From a bacterium (GTDB taxonomy: Bacteria; Eisenbacteria; RBG-16-71-46): a stretch of 28,945 nt of DNA. Numbering within the stretch: position 1 is the stretch's first letter; each line of letters begins with the position of its first letter. The notes beneath the pieces are model-generated. The model saw only the letters and a program-made list of their open reading frames with translations. It did not search any database and was not told where the DNA came from. The DNA is taken from the NCBI GenBank assembly GCA_043779265.1, contig JAYWEM010000027.1, positions 1-28,945 on the forward strand, in the 5' to 3' direction. Shown here in pieces: positions 26,601 to 28,945 of this stretch. The position numbers and the translations under genes were made by a program.

Positions 26601-28945
26601 GCCCGGCGGCGTCTTCCTGTTGCGCAGCGACGGAATGCAGGAGGCTCAACGGGTGGTCCTGTTGGCGACCGCGCGCGCAGTGTTGAGCGGCGGGCAGGGC
26701 AGCTTGGCGGATCAGCTGGGTCTGCCCTACCCCGAACCGAGCTGGCCCCCCTCATTAGATGCGCGACCGGAGTCGGAACTCTCCCCCGTGAGCGCCGCTT
26801 CGGAGGTCGAGGCCCCGCCTCTCACCCACCACAACGGGTTCGGCGGCTTCACTGCGGGCGGTCGCGAGTACGCGATCGTGCTGGAGGGCGACGCGGACAC
26901 GCCCCAGCCGTGGGTGAACGTGATCGCCAATCCGCACTTCGGCACCGTGGTCGGCGCCACTGGCGCGGCCTGGTCCTGGGCCGGCAACAGCCGCGAGAAC
27001 CGCCTGACGCCCTTCGGTAACGACACGGTGAGCGAGTTCAGCGGTGAGGCCATCTACCTGCGAGACGAAGAGCGCGGCGACGTGTGGGGCGCCACGCCGG
27101 GGCCGCTGCCGCGAGCACGCGACGGCGGCAGGTGGGTCACACGCCATGGCGCCGGCGTCACGCAGTTCGCCCACGCCGCCTACGGCGTCACCTCCGAACT
27201 CACCGTGTCCGTGGACGCAGAGGAGCCCGTCAAGCTGTCGCGGCTCTCGCTCACCAATCACTCCGGAGTCGCTCGGCGTCTGAGCGTGTTCGCCTACAAT
27301 GAATGGGCGCTGTGTCCGCCGCGCGCCGGCGAGCACCGCTTCGTCGTCACCGAGCAGGACCAAGGGACCGGCGCCGTGCTGGCGCGCAATCCCTACAACT
27401 CCGATTTCCCGGGGCGCGTGGCATTCGCGCACTCGAGCGTGACTCCCGCGTCAGCGACCGGCGATCGGTTCGAGTTCCTCGGGCGCAACGGATCGCTGCG
27501 GCGGCCCGCGGCCCTGGCGCGTGTGTCACTCGGGCGGCGCTTCGGCGCCGGACTCGACCCTTGTGCCGCACTTCAGATCCGCGTCGAACTCGAGCCCGGA
27601 GAGACGCGTGAGATCGTGCTGCTGCTGGGTCAGGGCGACAACCGGGCGCACGCACTGGCGCTGGCGACCCGCTTCGGCGAACTCGGGGCCGCACGTGCCG
27701 CGCAGGAGAACGTCGAGCGGCACTGGGACGAGATGCTGGGCACTGTGCAGGTCGAAACGCCGGATGACTCATTCGATCTGATCATGAACCGCTGGCTGCT
27801 CTATCAGTCGGTGAGTTCGCGGCTGTGGGGCCGCACCGGGTTCTTCCAGCCGGGCGGCGCGTACGGCTTCCGCGACCAGCTTCAGGACGTGATGGCGCTC
27901 GCCTTCGCGAAGCCCGAGCTCTACCGCGAGCACCTGCTGCGTTGCGCCGCCCGACAGTTCGTCGAAGGTGATGTGCAGCACTGGTGGCATGAACACACTG
28001 GGCGGGGCGTGCGGAGCCGCTGCTCCGATGACCTGTTGTGGCTCCCCTACGCCGTGGCCCACTACCTGAAGACGACGGGCGACCGCGACGTGCTCGACGT
28101 GCCCGTGGCATTCCTGGAAGCACCTGCGCTCGCGCCCGGCGAGCTTGAAGCCTATGGGCTGCCTGCCGTCTCGGGCCAGAGCGGGACGCTCTATGAACAC
28201 TGTGTTCGCGCCATCGAGCGCAGTCTGGTCATGGGCCAGCATGGCCTGCCGCTGATCGGAGCTTGCGACTGGAACGACGGCATGAACCGGATCGGCCATC
28301 TGGGCCGAGGCGAGAGCGTGTGGCTCGGCTGGTTCCTCTCGAAGCTCCTGCTCGACTTCGCCCCCATCGCGAAGGGGCGCGGGGACGGCGCGCGCGCCAC
28401 GCGCTGGCGCGTCGAGCGCGAGCGGATGGGCGCCATGCTCGAGCAGGCCTGGGACGGCGACTGGTACCGCCGCGCCTACTTCGACGACGGCAGGCCGCTC
28501 GGCTCCGCCCAGGAGCAGGAGTGCAGGATCGACGCGCTGTCGCAGAGCTGGGCCGTGCTGTCCGGCATCGCACCGCGCGAGCGGGCCGAGAAGGCCATGG
28601 ACGCGGTTCGCGTGCAGCTCGTGCGGCGTGATGCGGGGCTCATCCAGTTGCTCACTCCGCCATTCGATCAGACGCCGCTCGATCCCGGGTACATCAAGGG
28701 CTACGTGCCGGGAGTGCGCGAGAACGGCGGCCAGTACACCCACGCCGCGCTGTGGACGGTCATGGCGATCGCGCAGTTGGGCGGCGGTGACGAGGCCGTC
28801 GAGCTCTTCCACATGCTGAACCCGATCAATCACACGCGCACGCCGGCCGACGTGGAGCGCTATCGAGTCGAACCCTACGTCGTGGCGGCCGATGTCTACA
28901 CGCACCCGGCGCACATGGGCCGAGGCGGCTGGACCTGGTACACGG
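20647..28945 (+). CDS. ndvB: Cyclic beta-1,2-glucan synthase (GT84 + central cyclising domain + GH94 phosphorylase), 3'-truncated by window edge
   Basis: Absent from the ORF track because it has no stop in the window. Frame 1 gives [65 protein letters not shown] helices, [32 protein letters not shown], and GH94 motifs [33 protein letters not shown]. Start GTG 20647 inferred from the SD and an in-frame TAG at 20641. Confidence 0.95.
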   Translation, partial: MPGHRNVSSRAALERGGARLRLIGLDSSPLHGELLGVERLEERARALAAEFTLSRNPRRGSPLLLRRLSDDTRVLRQAYRVLAGDVWRGKPIAPAAEWLLDNFHLVEGEMLEVRRHLPSRYYRELPKLATRELAGTARVYAMAVELLRYSDARLDAKRLERFIYAYQTVAPLSIGELWAWPSMLKLALIEHLRRLSEEVIESREGRLEADRLFAEFESAKSKGPLPSLPRVLHVAFVDQLLQRMREYGAGAAGLRKRLEERLDALHATVEEAVRAEHQRQAMNHLSMGNSITSLRLCSTLDWNEYVEGVSMIERILQRDPPGVYASMVFASRDRYRHAVEELADPTGEAQVRVALRAMESARQAAEELGTDSRAAHVGYHLIGGGRRELEHDVAHHPPLRQRLMRLLFEHATPVYLGGLALITGLGVAMAMAAAGAAQAPQWMAVWAGLLAIIPASEFAVALMNRIVHRIVRPKLLPRLDLRGGVPESARTMVIVPTLITSVEGALTLLEHLEVHALGNLDPRIHFALLTDFPDAESERLPREDEVLATTIAGIEALNARYAPGTGDRFYLFHRERRWNASEGVWMGWERKRGKIEEFNRLLRGATDTGFTVCVGDPAILPHVRYCITLDSDTRLPRDAARRLIGVIEHPLNRPRYDPELGRVVEGYGILQPRVSVTMASAAGSLFARAYSGHTGVDPYSTAVSDTYQDLFGEGSFAGKGLYDVDAFTAALEDRVAENAMLSHDLFEGLFARCALVSDVELVDDFPSSVLTHARRQHRWVRGDWQILSHLLPLVPSRHGLERNRLPLISRWKILDNLRRSLVAPALIALLASAWTWLPGSPLGWTLAALAVLGFPLLPPLVHLAGGPRPQQPFGVYLHDVWAELETAGAQVLLQIMLLASHAYEMVHAIGLTLVRMVITQRRLLEWETAAATAARSAGLLSRQGPWVFVVEMWAGPGVALVLVLGMLPLRASALPLALPFLAAWLVSPLVAWWLSRPVVARRLALQPDDAAQLRRIARRTWRYFEHFGGAEDHALPPDNVQEGVELAIAHRTSPTNIGMGLLSTLAAHDLGYLESAALADRIDATLTTVEALERHEGHLLNWYDTESLAPLSPRYVSTVDSGNLAGALMTMSAGLHELASEDEDEDEARTFHGATDTAGVLAEMLDALEHRAHAATPLRSCCVAARRELDALRATLADGGPAIARLEAVGQLAGALRAALDQVAAAAPAGPEADAVGEWSRLLDDALRRLPGIAARPEAVRPRFHELARRCERLAHAMDWTFLYDRARGVFAIGFRLADADGPGRRDDSYYDLLASEARLASFIAVARDQVPQEHWFRLSRALVSVEGCTTLVSWSGSMFEYLMPLLMLRSHPETLLENACRAAVRAQILYGKLQRVPWGISESAYHVVDTHGTYQYRAFGVPGLGLKRGLSEDLVIAPYASALAAMVDPTASAANFRRLAREGASGRFGFIEALDYTPRKIVTPDAERAPEPLRVQGVRAYFAHHQGMSLVALTNAVLGAPMVRRFHSDPSVRATEPLLQERVPRFVPVIRPRPAESTRVEASVAEASPRRYRSPHTLYPGAQFLSNGQYTAIVTNAGGGASTWRGRSVTRQRDDPTCDAGSQFLYVRDVRSGLLWSAAYQPVCREPERYRVTFHADEVLFERSDDSIETRLEITVSPEDDVEVRRITLVNHSHQMREIEVTSLVEIVLASRVDDLAHPAFLKLFLETEYRPECTALLCGRRPRSPDELTQWAVHVLSAEDGGHGAVEWETDRARFLGRGRTPEDPAALDGRALSGTTGAVLDPILSLRRRVRIAAGGQVRLAFATGVTTSRASAMVLAEKYNDPASAARTFALAATQTQMRLRHLGISAADAQLYERLASHVLWTDATLRADPAFLASNTLGQSGLWAHGVSGDLPIVVVRVVEEGDLALVRQVLRAQEYWRLKGLSADVILLNEHQKSYLEELHEQLQGLLEKGTWAAWRDRPGGVFLLRSDGMQEAQRVVLLATARAVLSGGQGSLADQLGLPYPEPSWPPSLDARPESELSPVSAASEVEAPPLTHHNGFGGFTAGGREYAIVLEGDADTPQPWVNVIANPHFGTVVGATGAAWSWAGNSRENRLTPFGNDTVSEFSGEAIYLRDEERGDVWGATPGPLPRARDGGRWVTRHGAGVTQFAHAAYGVTSELTVSVDAEEPVKLSRLSLTNHSGVARRLSVFAYNEWALCPPRAGEHRFVVTEQDQGTGAVLARNPYNSDFPGRVAFAHSSVTPASATGDRFEFLGRNGSLRRPAALARVSLGRRFGAGLDPCAALQIRVELEPGETREIVLLLGQGDNRAHALALATRFGELGAARAAQENVERHWDEMLGTVQVETPDDSFDLIMNRWLLYQSVSSRLWGRTGFFQPGGAYGFRDQLQDVMALAFAKPELYREHLLRCAARQFVEGDVQHWWHEHTGRGVRSRCSDDLLWLPYAVAHYLKTTGDRDVLDVPVAFLEAPALAPGELEAYGLPAVSGQSGTLYEHCVRAIERSLVMGQHGLPLIGACDWNDGMNRIGHLGRGESVWLGWFLSKLLLDFAPIAKGRGDGARATRWRVERERMGAMLEQAWDGDWYRRAYFDDGRPLGSAQEQECRIDALSQSWAVLSGIAPRERAEKAMDAVRVQLVRRDAGLIQLLTPPFDQTPLDPGYIKGYVPGVRENGGQYTHAALWTVMAIAQLGGGDEAVELFHMLNPINHTRTPADVERYRVEPYVVAADVYTHPAHMGRGGWTWYT
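24067..24087 (+). repeat. In-frame hexamer microsatellite (GAAGAC)3.5 encoding EDEDEDE in Cgs
   Basis: gaagacgaagacgaagacgaa read directly from the sequence. Confidence 0.7.

Noticed and set aside
252..28914. Long antisense or alternate-frame ORFs (e.g. 252..1889+, 8546..10111+, 20209..22050-, 24370..26271-, 27769..28914-)
   Set aside because: They are shadows of real genes on the opposite strand, caused by high-GC codon bias, and show no recognisable motifs.
1..28945. CRISPR arrays, tRNA/rRNA, riboswitches, DGR/retron elements
   Set aside because: No regularly spaced repeats, RNA gene signatures, reverse transcriptase or template/variable repeat pair were seen by eye; a covariance-model search was not possible.

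Overview
GC-rich bacterial DNA. FlgD-Ig C-terminal sorting-like domains and expanded kinase–propeller genes suggest an FCB-superphylum lineage such as Eisenbacteria/Latescibacterota (inference only). Four paralogous Hanks-type Ser/Thr kinases lie within 19 kb, each with a kinase domain, one TM helix and a TolB/PD40-like beta-propeller; the first is cut by the window edge. Kinases 2 and 3 flank an OPT oligopeptide transporter–APC permease operon, and the OPT carries an unusual ~150-aa duplicated loop insertion. Between kinases 1 and 2 is a decaying block: two divergent pseudogenised FlgD-Ig secreted proteins, an intact YbjT-like SDR/DUF2867 gene, and a frameshifted lipocalin joined in frame to an N-terminally truncated CPD photolyase. 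A defective IS1182-family element (15-bp IRs) sits on the stop codon of kinase 4. An uninterrupted >2,760-codon cyclic beta-1,2-glucan synthase (Cgs/NdvB) then runs off the right edge. Three kinases share an upstream TAGTnTCCCGC motif, which for two of them lies 6 nt from the ATG, as expected for leaderless transcripts.
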